Shown piece by piece: positions 22,976-35,352 of a stretch of DNA of 64,000 nt. Every line of letters begins with the position of its first letter. Within the stretch, counting starts at the first letter, position 1. Made by a program: the position numbers and the translations under genes. The stretch lies in assembly GCA_964036045.1 (NCBI GenBank), contig OZ038379.1, forward strand, positions 25,792,001 to 25,856,000, written 5' to 3'. Under the pieces are notes generated by a model. The model had not been told where the DNA came from, did not search any database, and saw only the letters and a program-made list of their open reading frames with translations. This DNA is from Eutreptiella sp. 'Long Island Sound 2002' (Eukaryota > Protista > Euglenida).

Positions 22976-25900
22976 CAACAAGCGTCCGGAGGGTAGCCCG
23001 GCCCGCCCACCCGCGACAAGACCCGGCAATAGTGGTAGTTCAGCTTCCATGTCACATGCCCGGAGACATTTATACAAATAGAGACATTAATAGAAGTGTA
23101 ACTTTCGGCGTCTTCGTTTCGTGAGCCATTTAGGCAGTTCGGCTGACCTATATCTTATTCTTTTAGACAAACTAATCAACACAACGGACAAAACAAGATG
23201 CACAATTCATAGTTTTTGTTGAACGCTGATACTGATGGTGTCATGTAATATTTTTCCTGCATAGAACAATTTCAGTGCACATAATCTTCTTCCGCAACCA
23301 TAATGATAATTCATGGTATGGAGAAAATCATTACGTGGTACTACACCTGCCCACAACAACCCCTTCTACAATTTTGCAATCCATGATTAGAAAGAAAATA
23401 CAAAATAAATAAGAATAATATATATTGGGACAAACATTTACCCATCTTGCAAAAAAATGAATAAAGACAATTCGAAAGAGACATAAAAATAAAACATAAA
23501 CCAATCCATGGCATTAGTTTCATGACAAGGCTTGGGAAGGACTCGCTATGCTCCTCCTTTTCAAGCCTGGAAACGCAAAAAGTCTCAAAAATACCGCTAC
23601 TAGAATTTTCTATGTAACTCTGAGACCACCGATGCAAAAAAGTTGTATTTTTCCTTTGCCCAAGCACCCAAAGAACAAACGTGAGCTACAATGCATATCG
23701 AAACAAGACATGATTCATGTACGTACCATTGCTTGAGCCGTGACAACGCAACATTGCTGGTTGTAGGAACATATAGGTTTTCTTGGCACATTTTTGTCGA
23801 AATCTGATACCTAAGAAATTTGACTCCGAACCGATTTGTTTCCAAGAACAGCAAGCGCCCGTTCCTTCTCGTCTCTAACAACTCTTGTTGAAGCCCTTAC
23901 TCCATTGCTTGTATTGGTTTTCTTTTCGTCCCTAACACAATCACTAGTTGGTTCGGCCGTGGCTCGTTCCCGGTTGCATGGTTTTTGGCGAGCGACCACT
24001 ACCAACACGGGTGCAAAACCCCCAACTCACAAAACAAGTCTGTTCGTCCATTCTACACGGAAATATCCGTTTTAAATCATGATGAAACCATATCTGACCA
24101 GAGGAATGCTTCGTTCAACAATCACTGAAAAAATCTTCAAAACAGTTGTTGACTATGATGCCAAAACAGTACCTTTTTGCGTAATTTTTACACCGAGTAT
24201 TCGGAGCTGCCAGATACTACCCCCCCGGTCATTATCTTCTACATCTCTCAAGGATCGTAATGAGCTACGTTTCGAGGCCTAACACCACGACATGTCCGAC
24301 TGCCGCCCAAAATATGCGGCTGTGCAAGTCAAAAAACTGCCAAATGTCAAACCTCCGACGCATAAAACAGCTACCTTTTATAACCTCACGAACTGAAATA
24401 CCAACCCAACATGTGCTACACACTACGAAGGACCTTGATGAAAAAGGTTTTGAAGGCAGGTGGATCCAGGGCTCCTCGCAGTACTACTTGGGGGGAGACC
24501 CATGATGGCCAAAGAAGGCAGCCTGAGTTAGCTGCTAACAGCATGCTCCGAAACCCTCCACTAGACAGCTCCCGTTCTATGAACATACGAAGGCACTCAC
24601 AAAACCACATAGTACAATTCGAAGGGCAACAGTAGGGCTTTGATTTGGTCGGGGGCTGGCCTCGTACCTCAACGCCTTTTAAAACGAACCGAAGGCACAT
24701 TTGTGGATGGCAGGTCGGGCCCTACAACGCTATATATCGCAAAAAAATTTCGTGGCCAGAATCCGGAGATCCGGTTAAAAATCACAAAAAATCAAACTTC
24801 ACGAAATCCGATCTCGACTGCATTTTTGTGAAATGCATGGAAAAACGGTCCATATAGCAATTGGAAATTTGGAAAACCGATCCGGAAAAAATGGAAGTTT
24901 TCGAAACGCGTGTCATCTGGCCCAGATTCAAGCACCATCATATCCGGACAGCTCCCAGGGTCGCAAAAAAAAAAAAATCTTAGCTCCAAACGACCCGGTG
25001 GCGCCAAGATATGGCCGTTGGAGGGAGACCGATTTGGGCGAAAATCACTTTTTTCGATCGTGGACCTGACGGAATTTGGCGCCGCGCGAACACACATCCG
25101 TTGCCAACAGTACGAGAGCGCTAATCCGCGATTATAGTCATCAGGGGTCAGCTTTACAGTTGAACGTCGCTGTCGGCAGCAGGGGAGGACAGTGAACGGC
25201 GGGCCTTACAGGCCCAGCAGCAACAAAAAAAGTGTGTGGTTGAGGTTGTGTGCAGGGCCAATTTGAGGTTGAGTGCGACATGGGGCTGGACAATCATTGC
25301 GTCTTGACTGCCCTTTGTTGCCCCTGGGCCGTAAGGCCCGCTCTACGCTGTCCGGCCGCGGGGGAGGGGCCACGCGGCCGCCAGCGACGCTCAGCTGTAA
25401 AGCTGACCCCGATGATTATCCCGGGGGATTTGCCTTCCCGTACAGGAGGCAACGGGCGAGGTTCCGGACGAACCGAAGGCATCTTTGTGGATGGCAGGTC
25501 GGGCCCTACAATGTTATTTTTGGGCTCTTTTTTTTACTGGCCAAAATCCGGATTTCTGGTCAAAAATCGGCGCGCACGCGTGACCAGTGGCTGTCGCCGA
25601 CAGTCGGGCCTGTCCAACTCAGCCCCGAGCTAGAGTGGACCAAAATTCGATTTAAGACCATAAATGTGAAGGGTTTTGAAGCCCGATTAATGCCGTGAAA
25701 TCGGCTTTTCGCACAACTGCACGAATCACTGTTTCGGAACACCGATCGTTGATTTCCGCCAGCAGGGTGTTAGACGCTGAAGTTTTGACTGAATATTCGT
25801 GTTCAGCGTCAAAAACTACCCAGATTTAGCTTTTGGTTTATCAAAATTCGAGCCGGTAGGCCAAAGATATGAATTTTTCCAGTTTTGATACAGTTGGCTC

Positions 25901-27736
25901 AATTTGGCCATTTTGGCCAGTTTCGTAGGCCTGTTGTAGCGAAACCACGAGGGTCTAGCAACGAACCAAGTGGCAATCCAAGTTCATTTGTCCCCAAATG
26001 ATGTGAAAATCCCCGAGGTTGACCCCTCTAGCCACCTCTTGATGCCTAGAAAGAGGGTACGAAAGGTAGAAAAAACAGTACTTAGATGAGGTTGATGTCT
26101 CCATTGTACAGCCTTGTCAAAGCGCTATATCCCGGCCTATGGATTGAACCTTTGTGCAAACTAGTCCCGTATGGGTCCAATGGAACGGGTACAAGCAATG
26201 TTACGTCCCTATGGCCTCTATATAGAGCACACGGGGGCGAAAACTCAAAGATACGTGCTTTTTAAGCTGTGTTTTTTTGTGCTGTCACAACACCAGCCTA
26301 CCAAAATCATGGGTCTCCCCCCCGGTGTTCCGGTTAAGTCCCCATGCTTCCGTGGGACTTCAACCAAGCATATTTGAGTAGTTTGGACCTAGAGGGAGGG
26401 GAATGGCCACTAGTTTGCGTGGTTTACCCCCAACGGCCCCTAGATATATCCGCCGGGGGTTTGGCATTTTGGTCAAAAATGGACATTTTCGGTTCGCGAG
26501 TCCATTCGTCGGAGCTCGTTCTCCAACATACCGTGGAGTTAGAACAAAGTGTCGGGCTCGCTTGAAAGCCGAGAACAAGTCCTAAAAGGATAATAGGACC
26601 CGTCACAGGTCGTTTCACACTCATTTTTCGCAAAAACAGCATCTTTGGTGGTCATTTTGGGGTAAAATCAGATGTATGTTGTGTATACCCTGCCACGTCA
26701 GAACGTGTACCCGTCGACACGTAGTCGGGTTGGAAGCACATAGGTTACGAAGCCGTCAACCAAGGATAATGGAGTTATTTGGACCTAGAAGAATGCAAAA
26801 GGTCCATTGTTTGCCCATTGAAGCCCCGTTGGTCCGGAGTTATAATCGTTGGGGGTTTTGCATTTTTGTCAAAAGTAGCAATTTGCAGTTCATGGTCCCA
26901 TTTGTCGGAGGTCGTTCTCCAACGTATCGTTGAGTTGGAACGAACCGTTTGGCTCGTTTGAAAGGTGAAGATCTATTGTAAAAGAATATGAGGACCTGTC
27001 TCAGGGTAGCTTTCACCCATTTTGCGCGAAAATCAGGTTTTAAGTCATGATTTTCAGCTAAAATCAGCGCAATGAAACGTGTACTTGTTGGTACGTACCG
27101 AAACTTCTGATACTTTCGGCGTTTCTAGGCTTGGGAAGGAGGAGCATAGCGAGTCCTTCCCAAGCCTAGTCACAAAGCTAATGACATCAATTGGCTTATC
27201 CTTTATTTTTTTGTCGATTTTGTTTCGTTGTTATTGTTTGTGTAAAATAGGTAAACTATTGTTGTTCGATATGTTATTTTTTTGTTCGGTTCTTTTTTTC
27301 TTTTCTCTTGATCGCAAAGAGGAAAAATAGGACGTTGTGCACAGGTAGTGTAGGATGTAGTGAGATTCTTTGTGCCGCACAAATTTGTTGCTGTGATAAT
27401 AGCATGTAATATATGCGCTGAAATTCATTCATTAAGGAAGGTGTCATTTCACAGCATTAGGTACATCCCATGAACTAGACTTATGAAGTGAGTGGTTTTA
27501 TCCGTCAATTGTGGCGATTACGTAACGTCAAAGAATAGGACGTAGGTCTATTAAATGGTGTCAGCGGGTTAGAAAATGAAACGAGCGAGATGGTACAATT
27601 GTAGATATGCTACTGCCACCACTACTACGGGCTACCACCACCACAACTGCTAGTACCACGTATGCCACCACCACTACCCCTCTGCCGCCGGGTCTTGTCG
27701 CGGGTGGGCGGGCCGGGCTTCCCACAGCGCTTGTTG
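22976..27736. mobile_element. Foldback/MULE-like element with long imperfect TIRs, non-autonomous or decayed
   Basis: A 33-bp perfect inverted match (22995-23027 vs 27687-27719), outer CAACAAGCG/CGCTTGTTG, and diverged inverted similarity over about 650 bp (e.g. 23520-23580 vs 27125-27185). No TSD could be identified. Confidence 0.8.
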
Positions 27737-27816
27737 ATCCAACTGAGCACCGCCTCTGTGCCACCTTTGCATAGTGCTTGGGCTGATTGACAGGTGCCAT
27801 GTCGGGCATTCTGCAG

Positions 27817-27968
27817 GTGCTGATACAGAAGTGGATGCATTTGCAGGAGCTTTGGACCTTCATCGGCCCGCTGCTGTACCAAGGGCAGCTGCCTGGGTAT
27901 GAGCCGCAGCTCAAGACAGTGCATAATTTCTGGAACTCGCTGACACATCTGGTGCACGACAAGGGCAG
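27817..27968 (+). CDS. Dynein heavy chain exon (linker)
   Basis: ctgcag acceptor; VLIQKWMHLQELWTFIGPLL..QLP (canonical WLxVQxxWxYLEPIF..QLP); donor GTGTGC, phase 2. Confidence 0.9.
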
Positions 27969-30899
27969 GTGTGCTCATGACTGACTGCACATCTGCACAT
28001 TGGCGCCCAATAGCATCCCTCAAAGAACAAGGGTAACAGCCCTCAACAATCCTGCACACTCTTCCACAACCGCCCACAACGTGCAGAAGGGAGAGTATTC
28101 CTCAGGGTTCACACCTGCATTCAGCTGCCCTTGGCTGCCCACAGAAACAGTGCAAAGGCCGGGGGGATGGAGCACTGCAGGACTGGTGATGATGTTCCAG
28201 GAAGCAATCAAATTCGGCCATGTTGTGTACAATGATGGAGGGCTCGCTGATCTGCAACATCATGTTTTTGTATTCCTCCAAGACACAGTCCAACAAACTG
28301 TCCTGTGGCATCCATTTCCCAGGAGGAGTACTCAGCACTACACACTACGGCCCGCTTTTGTCACTCCTTGTGGTGTGTGTAACCGGAATTCATTGACCCC
28401 ACGTGACTCATTTTGGCGAATTTCTTGAATGTTTATGTAGGGTTGGACCCCAAAATTGCCCCTCCCCCCATCCCTCTGGACCCCAAAAGAATACATTTTG
28501 GATTTTTTTGATGATTGAGCTGCTGACGCTGAAAAATATTTCAGCAGTTTGGGCCATATTTTCGGTGCAAACAGTGATTTTGCACTTTTTCACTCGGGCA
28601 ATGGCTCGCCCGTAGCCAGGGCTAGAGGCTGCAAATCATGTCCTTTTGCATCCCACCATGGGTGTGCTGTCGCGACATCCCCAATCCCACCCCCCTATGA
28701 GAGTTACCATGAGTCCCCCAAGCACGTCGTCTTACAAAAATGGGTGAATGCTGCATAAGCTGTATTATAAGTCATCCCACACTGCCAAAGTAAGCCACAC
28801 TCATTGGAGATCCAACAATGCTTTTTAGGGTCAAAACCGCAAGAATCCTGCAAGATTTGCAATTTCACCTCAAGAAATAGGGGGAGGGGTGACCATTTCT
28901 GACGCTCCCCCTCACCCCCCGTCCCCAAAGAGTGGGTTTTCACTAGGGCTGTCCTGACCAATAACTCATTGGGGGATGGTTTATCGGACAAAGTAAGGCT
29001 TCTATAGAAGAACAAGTGTACACATTTTGTACGTAGTTACTCAGTGAACCTCACAGTGGAGCAGTTTTAATGCAAAATGCCTGGTGGGGCACGGACTTAC
29101 CATGCCGAAAAAATCTCTGTGACGTTATTTCAAAAATACCTCCAAAACCTGAATATCACCTCGAAGAGAGGTTGTTAGATCCCTCCCCTGTTGGGGGTCA
29201 TTCACATGTCATACCCCAATGTATATGTAGCCCCTTGTACAATCATAATTTTGGGAGACAAAATTATCTCCCAATTAATCTTTCGATTTGACCCCTCCAA
29301 TCCCCCCCCCCCCCCCACTTGGGTACCACTTTTTGGGGGGGGTTCAAAACTTGTTTGGCTTACTGCTGCCACTGTGTGTTGATTCGGACCCTGGTCCCAC
29401 TCCACTTTTTTCTTCTACATGGAACCCGTAACCAATGATGGGGGTCCAGGGTGCTATCTCCACTTTTCCAAGATTGGCCCCCCTACGGGGCCCCGTGGGT
29501 GAGGCCTTGGGCGTTCTGAGGCTGACATGGGTTGGTTGACAAATCGCGATTTCTGGTTGACCTCCGACACCCCGGGGGACCCTTGGGATGTTGTTGGGTG
29601 ATCGTTTGGTGACAATGGGAGTAGATATAAACCCATGGGGAGCCATGTAGCACCAACTGGGCCCTCCTAGTGGTGCTTATTGGCCCCTGAAAGTGCTGTT
29701 TTGGCCTATTTGCACCGTTTTGGGCAAAATTTGGCCGGCCTATAGTGTATGGTTTTTCCACAGCAGTTTCAGCCTCCACATCACTTGTCTCTCTTCGAGG
29801 TGCCTTGCTGAAGGCAACAGAATGTTTTAACCCCCCCCCCCTTCCATGCCTCTGTCGGCCCAAATTTCAGCCACCACAAAGCGAGGGTGCAGGCCGTGGG
29901 CTGGTTCCCCTTGGGGACCAGGAAACTGGGGAGCAGACTTTTTGCTGCCCCTACCCTCCCCCCCCCAACAGCAATAGGGCGGGACCAAAAGCAGACCCCC
30001 CCCCCCCCAGCATGCCCTCGCACCCTCACTGCAGGCCGGCACATGGTGAACGAGGTCCCTCCCCTCGCGGAAAAGGGGCGGACGCTGAATGACGAGTTTG
30101 TCGGGATCTGGGACCCGCATGGTAACCCAGCAGGTGGTCCTCCTCTCCCAAACAAGTGAACACCATGGGCCAATGAACGGACAGGTAGACCCATCCACCA
30201 CTCAACCCCCCCAGCCTGCGCCCCCGACGGGAGGGGTGCACGGAGTCGGCGCCCTCAGGGCCTGAAAAGTGGAGGCAGTGAAGGGCTCACAGCTTGACCG
30301 CTGTGGGCATCCCTGGGGCGGCCTGCCCAGGGAACCTCCAGGTGTGCACTCGCCCCTCCAACCTCATCACAGACGCCTAGGCCAGCACAGCCCCGTGCAC
30401 TGCAGTGCAGTTGTGGGCGACCCCTGGAGGCCAGACAGCCACCTGCCGACCCCTGCCCCCCACCCCCCCCTGCCCTTGGAGGGGCCAGTCCGGTGGTGTG
30501 CCCTACGGGCCCCTAGGACTAACGGGGCAGCAGCGCCGCACCCGGGAACCTTCCCGGGCAGGTCCCAAGGCAGGGAAGCGCTCAGCGCGCCCTGGGACCC
30601 CTCCACCTGCCACCAGCGCCCCAGGCCGTGGGAGTGCGGGACCCAGCTAGTACAGCAGCGCCACCTGTGCCAACAGGCAGTCAAGGAGCGCGGGTCCCCC
30701 CCAGTCGTGCCCGGCGCACACCCGTCCCCGTGCGTACGCAGTCGTGGGACGGGCGGGCAGCGTGTCTCTGTGACCAGGAGGATGCGATGCCCTGGCCCAC
30801 TACTCCCCGGTGGGCTCAGCGTCAGGCTCCCATGGCCTGCCCCACCGGGCCTGGAGCACCAGGCCACACTTGCCCCCCACACGCAAGGCCCAGCCCCCG

Positions 30900-31250
30900 C
30901 CCACACCCCTGCCCGCGCGCGCGCCTACACACAGGACGACGGTATCTTCCGCCCACCTGCGCTTCGGTGGGGTCTGGTGGCTGTCGATAGTCCGCTCGGC
31001 CTTGGAACCGGACAGTCAGGTTGTTCAGCCTCGTGGTGGGGCAGGGAAGGAAGCCCACACCTGAGGGCCTGCTCCTGCATGAGGCCGCCAGCCCAACCCA
31101 ACCCAACCCCCCTTCCATGGAACCGCTGCCCCCAGATGAAGAGCAGACCAATAATCGAGGGGAGCTGAGGGCGGCACTGGCAACGTTGCAGGGACATGTC
31201 CGGGGCACTCTAAATAACTGTTACTCTGTGGACAGGTCTCTGTCAGACTA
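30900..31250 (+). mobile_element. RNase H relic, probably from a non-LTR retrotransposon
   Basis: EPLPPDEEQTNNRGELRAALATL at about 31120-31190 matches the RNase HI motif PLPGxxQTNNRAELxA. The flanks are frameshifted. Confidence 0.65.
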
Positions 31251-31432
31251 CGTTGGTAGATCCAGACCAGGACGAGCCCCCCCCCCCCCACTCAGAAATC
31301 GTTTATAGGGAACCACAAGAGGAAGAGATAGACCTAGTCCCAGCCCCAGCCACATTACCAATGCCACTCCGGGTGGGGGGGGCGCAAGAGGGAATCCCCT
31401 GCCCAGAGGTAACGTGCATTTATCCCACACCA

Positions 31433-31492
31433 GGGCCGTCCTTAAGGACCGAGATTTTTTTTTTTGTTAAGGACAGCCCTTAAGGACAGCCC
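31433..31492. repeat. Small palindromic MITE-like hairpin motif
   Basis: GGGCCGTCCTTAA ... TTAAGGACAGCCC inverted repeat with a duplicated right arm. Related ends occur at about 34013 and 35596. Confidence 0.6.
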
Positions 31493-31557
31493 CTAGAGGC
31501 CTTTTTGCCCTGGCCGAACGTGGGCCATGTCTACCCCCCCGGCCCTCTTTTGGGCAC

Positions 31558-32385
31558 CACTTCTGATTTTGCCCCCCGCTCTGAAGCGGTGGGGATCCCC
31601 GATACGGCAGGGGTGAGGTAGCCAATTTGCCCACTTGTGGGCCACTTCTGATTTTGCCCCCCGCTCTGCAGCGGTGGGGCTCCCCGATACGGTAGGGGTG
31701 AGGTAGCCAATTTGCCCACTTGTGGGCCACTTCTCTGCAGCGGTGGGGCTCCCCGATACGGCAGGGGTGAGGTAGCCAATTTGCCCACTTGTGGGCCACT
31801 TCTGATTTTGCCCCCCGCTCTGCAGCGGTGGGGCTCCCCGATACGGCAGGGGTGAGGTAGCCAATTTGCCCACTTGTGGGCCACTTCTCTGCAGCGGTGG
31901 GGCTCCCCGATACGGCAGGGGTGAGGTAGCCAATTTGCCCACTTGTGGGCCACTTCTGATTTTGCCCCCCGCTCTGCAGCGGTGGGGCTCCCCGATACGG
32001 CAGGGGTGAGGTAGCCATTTCGCCAACTTGTGGGCCACTTGTGATTTTGCCCCCCGCTCTGCAGCGGTGGGGATCCTCGATACGGCAGGGGTGAGGTAGC
32101 CATTTCGCCCACTTGTGGGCCACTTCTGATTTTGTCCCCCGCTCTGCAGCGGTGGGGATCCCCGATACGGCAGGGGTGAGGTAGCCATTTCGCCAACTTG
32201 TGGGCCACTTCTGATTTTGCCCCCCGCTCTGCAGCGGTGGGGCTCCCCGATACGGCAGGGGTGAGGTAGCCAATTTGCCCACTTGTGGGCCACTTCTGAT
32301 TTTGCCCCCCGCTCTGCAGCGGTGGGGCTCCCCGATACGGCACTTCTGATTTTGATTTCTGATTTTGCCCCCCGCTTTGTTGCGC
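31558..32385. repeat. 85-bp satellite, about 10 units (two are 69-bp deletion variants)
   Basis: Unit starts at 31558, 31643, 31728, 31797, 31882, 31951, 32036, 32121, 32206 and 32291. Confidence 0.95.
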
Positions 32386-32575
32386 GCCCGTGCATGCACT
32401 TTTTAGGTAACCGGTGGGGCGGCTCCCCACATGAAAATTGAAGCAGCAAGTGGTGCCCAAACCCAAACCTGCGTGTGCCGAAACCTAAACCAAAATGAAT
32501 GCACTCGCCGCAGAGCGATGGGAGTAGGCACCCAGGACAGCACTCGCCGCAGGGCGATGGGAGTAGGCACCATTT

Positions 32576-33088
32576 GTGGCATTCTTTTCCTGCGATCGCA
32601 CGTGCTGTGTCTCTGTTCTACTTGGACCCATGGTGCATTTTGGTGTACGTTGCGTAGTTTTTCTGCCCGACATGCATGTGCTTATCGTCACCTACCACGC
32701 CCCCACGCCGGAGGCCGCCGATGCCGGACCCCTCTTGAGTGGTCGTGTCAGTCAAGTGTCCATGATGACGTTGGACGCTTTGATTCCAAGAATAGGGGAT
32801 GTGCCACTCGAGTCCGCTGTGCAGCGTGCATGCAACATGGCCTTCACCTTTGCACGGCATGTGGAGGCGCATGAGATTTGGCTGCGGACGGTTGTGCGCT
32901 ATGAGTCCACATTCAGCCGCACAATGATGCGGCAAATTTACGATTTTGGGGAGGCTCGGCGGTCCATGAGGCTACCCTGGAACCCTGTGATTGTGCGTTG
33001 CCCCTTCAATTGCGATGAATTCGAAGAAAACTTGAACAATGAGGAGGAGGCAATCATTAGTGCTCGCCCGCAGTTTTTAGCTACGTGA
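32576..33088 (+). CDS. Uncharacterised intronic ORF overlapping the SAP ORF by 4 bp (start uncertain)
   Basis: 170-aa open frame with protein-like composition; its stop overlaps the next ORF's GTG. No family recognised. Confidence 0.35.
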   Translation: MAFFSCDRTCCVSVLLGPMVHFGVRCVVFLPDMHVLIVTYHAPTPEAADAGPLLSGRVSQVSMMTLDALIPRIGDVPLESAVQRACNMAFTFARHVEAHEIWLRTVVRYESTFSRTMMRQIYDFGEARRSMRLPWNPVIVRCPFNCDEFEENLNNEEEAIISARPQFLAT

Positions 33089-33723
33089 CGGCTACGGACT
33101 TTGGCCAAACCACGGAGCGCATGTGTGAGACGCTGTGGGTAAGGTGCAACGGGGAGGCACCAGAGGATTGGGGGCCCTTTGAGGTTTTTGAGGACCTTCG
33201 CAAGACCCCTTTCCGCCCGCGCAAACGGAAGCAAGGGCATGCGGTTGATGTGGAAGATGGTGGTTTGCTTGGGTTTGCGGCTTTCAAGGATTTGGCAGTT
33301 TCTTTGGAAGAGGATGGTGAGGCAGAGGTTCCGTTGGACATTCGAGATTTGTGGGTTGTCCCCAAGAGGGCGACACGTGACGCCGACATTGGCGATGTGT
33401 ATGGGGTTGAGTTGGAGGGTGAGGACGAAGACAGTGAGGACGAGGATATGGAGCAGGCAGGTGCAGTTGCCAGTAGCTCCTCTTCTGACCTTCGTAACCC
33501 CTCAACTGTCCCCTCCACCTCTTCTAACCCTGCCGCACAGTTGGTGTTTCGGTATGATGTGGATGAGGCGGTGTTGAACGCAATGGAGAGGGGGAGGTTG
33601 CATGAGTGGACTAAGGTTGAGTTTAAGGCCATTTGTAGGAAGCATGGTTTGAGTGTGGGCGGGGGGAAGGGTGAGCTTATGGAGCGTGTCAGGGTGCACT
33701 TCCAGAGGTTGTACCAGCAGTAG
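33085..33723 (+). CDS. Intron-nested ORF with an acidic tract and C-terminal SAP DNA-binding domain (probably transposon-borne)
   Basis: GRLHEWTKVEFKAICRKHGLSVGGGKGELMERVRVHF fits the SAP pattern LxxLxVxELKxxLxxRGLxxxGxKxELIxRL; upstream EGEDEDSEDEDME tract; first ATG at 33121. Confidence 0.6.
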   Translation: MTATDFGQTTERMCETLWVRCNGEAPEDWGPFEVFEDLRKTPFRPRKRKQGHAVDVEDGGLLGFAAFKDLAVSLEEDGEAEVPLDIRDLWVVPKRATRDADIGDVYGVELEGEDEDSEDEDMEQAGAVASSSSSDLRNPSTVPSTSSNPAAQLVFRYDVDEAVLNAMERGRLHEWTKVEFKAICRKHGLSVGGGKGELMERVRVHFQRLYQQ

Positions 33724-35063
33724 GGAGTTTGTTTCCAGCTGTGCCACCGGCGATGGAACATTCGGGTGGTCGAACGCTACATGACTGTATTTGATCAGAA
33801 AAAGTATTGCTCTTGTTCATGTTGAATTGTGCAGGGTGTGAGGTAGGGTCATGCAACACATGTGGGGCTAGGCTCATATGGTTGTGTGCTGAGACCAATT
33901 TGGGGCTAGGGACTCATGCTTGAACAATTGGGAACACTGGGGTGAAGACATGTACTGTCCGCGGGCTCTTTTGAAATTACCCCGTTCTGGACGGGATTTT
34001 TGTTTTTTTGCGTTAAGGACAGCCCTGTCCCACACGGAGGTGCTCACCCCCACTCTGCGGCGCAAGCGCGCACACCTGGTAACCCCAGGAACACCTGCGT
34101 TCACATCGATCCTGTTCCGCGTGGGCAGTATGCCTGCCTTTTTCTGGCCCACACTGAGCACAGTACAGGCACGTGGGGCGACGTGACGCCCAGCGTTGTG
34201 GGGCCCAGCTGGACCACCTTCTGGTCCCCAAAACCACCGACGCCGCTGACGCCCAAGGCATCGGTGAACCTCTTCCCTCAATCTTGTTGCCATGAGCCCC
34301 CCCCCCCCCCCCACCGTACCGGGGCAACGAGATACCCGGCAGCCCAGCTTCCACCGACACGGCCTGGACAGTCACCTGTAGCACAGGAGGCTTCAGGTGC
34401 GCGACTCCGGAGCATCGGCCACATGTGTAAGCAGCAACGGCATACAACAGGCCAACACGCACACGCAGTTGGTCTTGCTCATATCCTGAACCATTCAACC
34501 CCACTGTATGGCTGTGTGGTCTAACTCCAACAATGCCAACGCCCACTGGGGGTTTTCAATCCCAAGGACCAACATTACAAACCAAGGCTGGTGACAGCAG
34601 CAAACACAGATGACCATTGACCCCGCCCCTCCCCCACACTCTCCATGCCCAGGTACGCCAGTATGTAAGGTGCGTGGCCAAGTGGGGCCTGCAGCACATC
34701 CCAAGAGCAAGCAGAACAAACCAACACCACATGTACGCCACGACCAAACACAAGTCCCACCAAAGCATGGCCCGGCGTTAATGCCCTGAACCACGAGGCC
34801 ACCTTGTCTCTGACCTCAGTCAGGGAGGAAGGGTAGGACACCCAATGAGCCAATGGAACAATGGACTGGCGAGTCGAACATGCGTGGTACGGAGAGGCAA
34901 TGAAGGCCGTGTGCAGGCAGGCGTGGCTGGAGCTGAGTGGCGGGTCCACGCCTGACCTTTGAGACCCTCCACCCATGGCTCCCGCCACGGGTGTTGCGAT
35001 TTGGAACTGAACTGAATCCCCCCCCCCTCCCCCTGCTCCACCTCCATCCCCCATGCTTTCCAG

Positions 35064-35352
35064 CTTCCTGGTGCTGGCGGATGATCTGCAGCTCGTGGGT
35101 CAGATCAACAAGGCCTGCAGGACATTGGAGACCGTATCTCGCTCTCTGGCCGCGATGGTGGACGACCGCCGGCAGACGTTCCCACGGCTGTACTTTTGCT
35201 CGGACTCGGAGGTCCACGCGTTGATGGGACAAGTGGGCCCCCGGGAGAGGCCCAGCATCGGGTTGCGTTTGTGCTTCCCTGGTCTTCATGATCTGGTGTA
35301 CGATGACGATGGCTGCATTGCTGGCGTCCTCCCGGACCCTGTGACAAAGCAG
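35064..35352 (+). CDS. Dynein heavy chain exon (linker, FPRFYF motif)
   Basis: tttccag acceptor, phase 2; LETVSRSLAAMVDDRRQTFPRLYFCSDSEV..LRLCFPGL; donor at 35353. Confidence 0.93.

Noticed and set aside
31467-32466. Three ~310-aa minus-strand ORFs
   Set aside because: They are translations of the 85-bp satellite.
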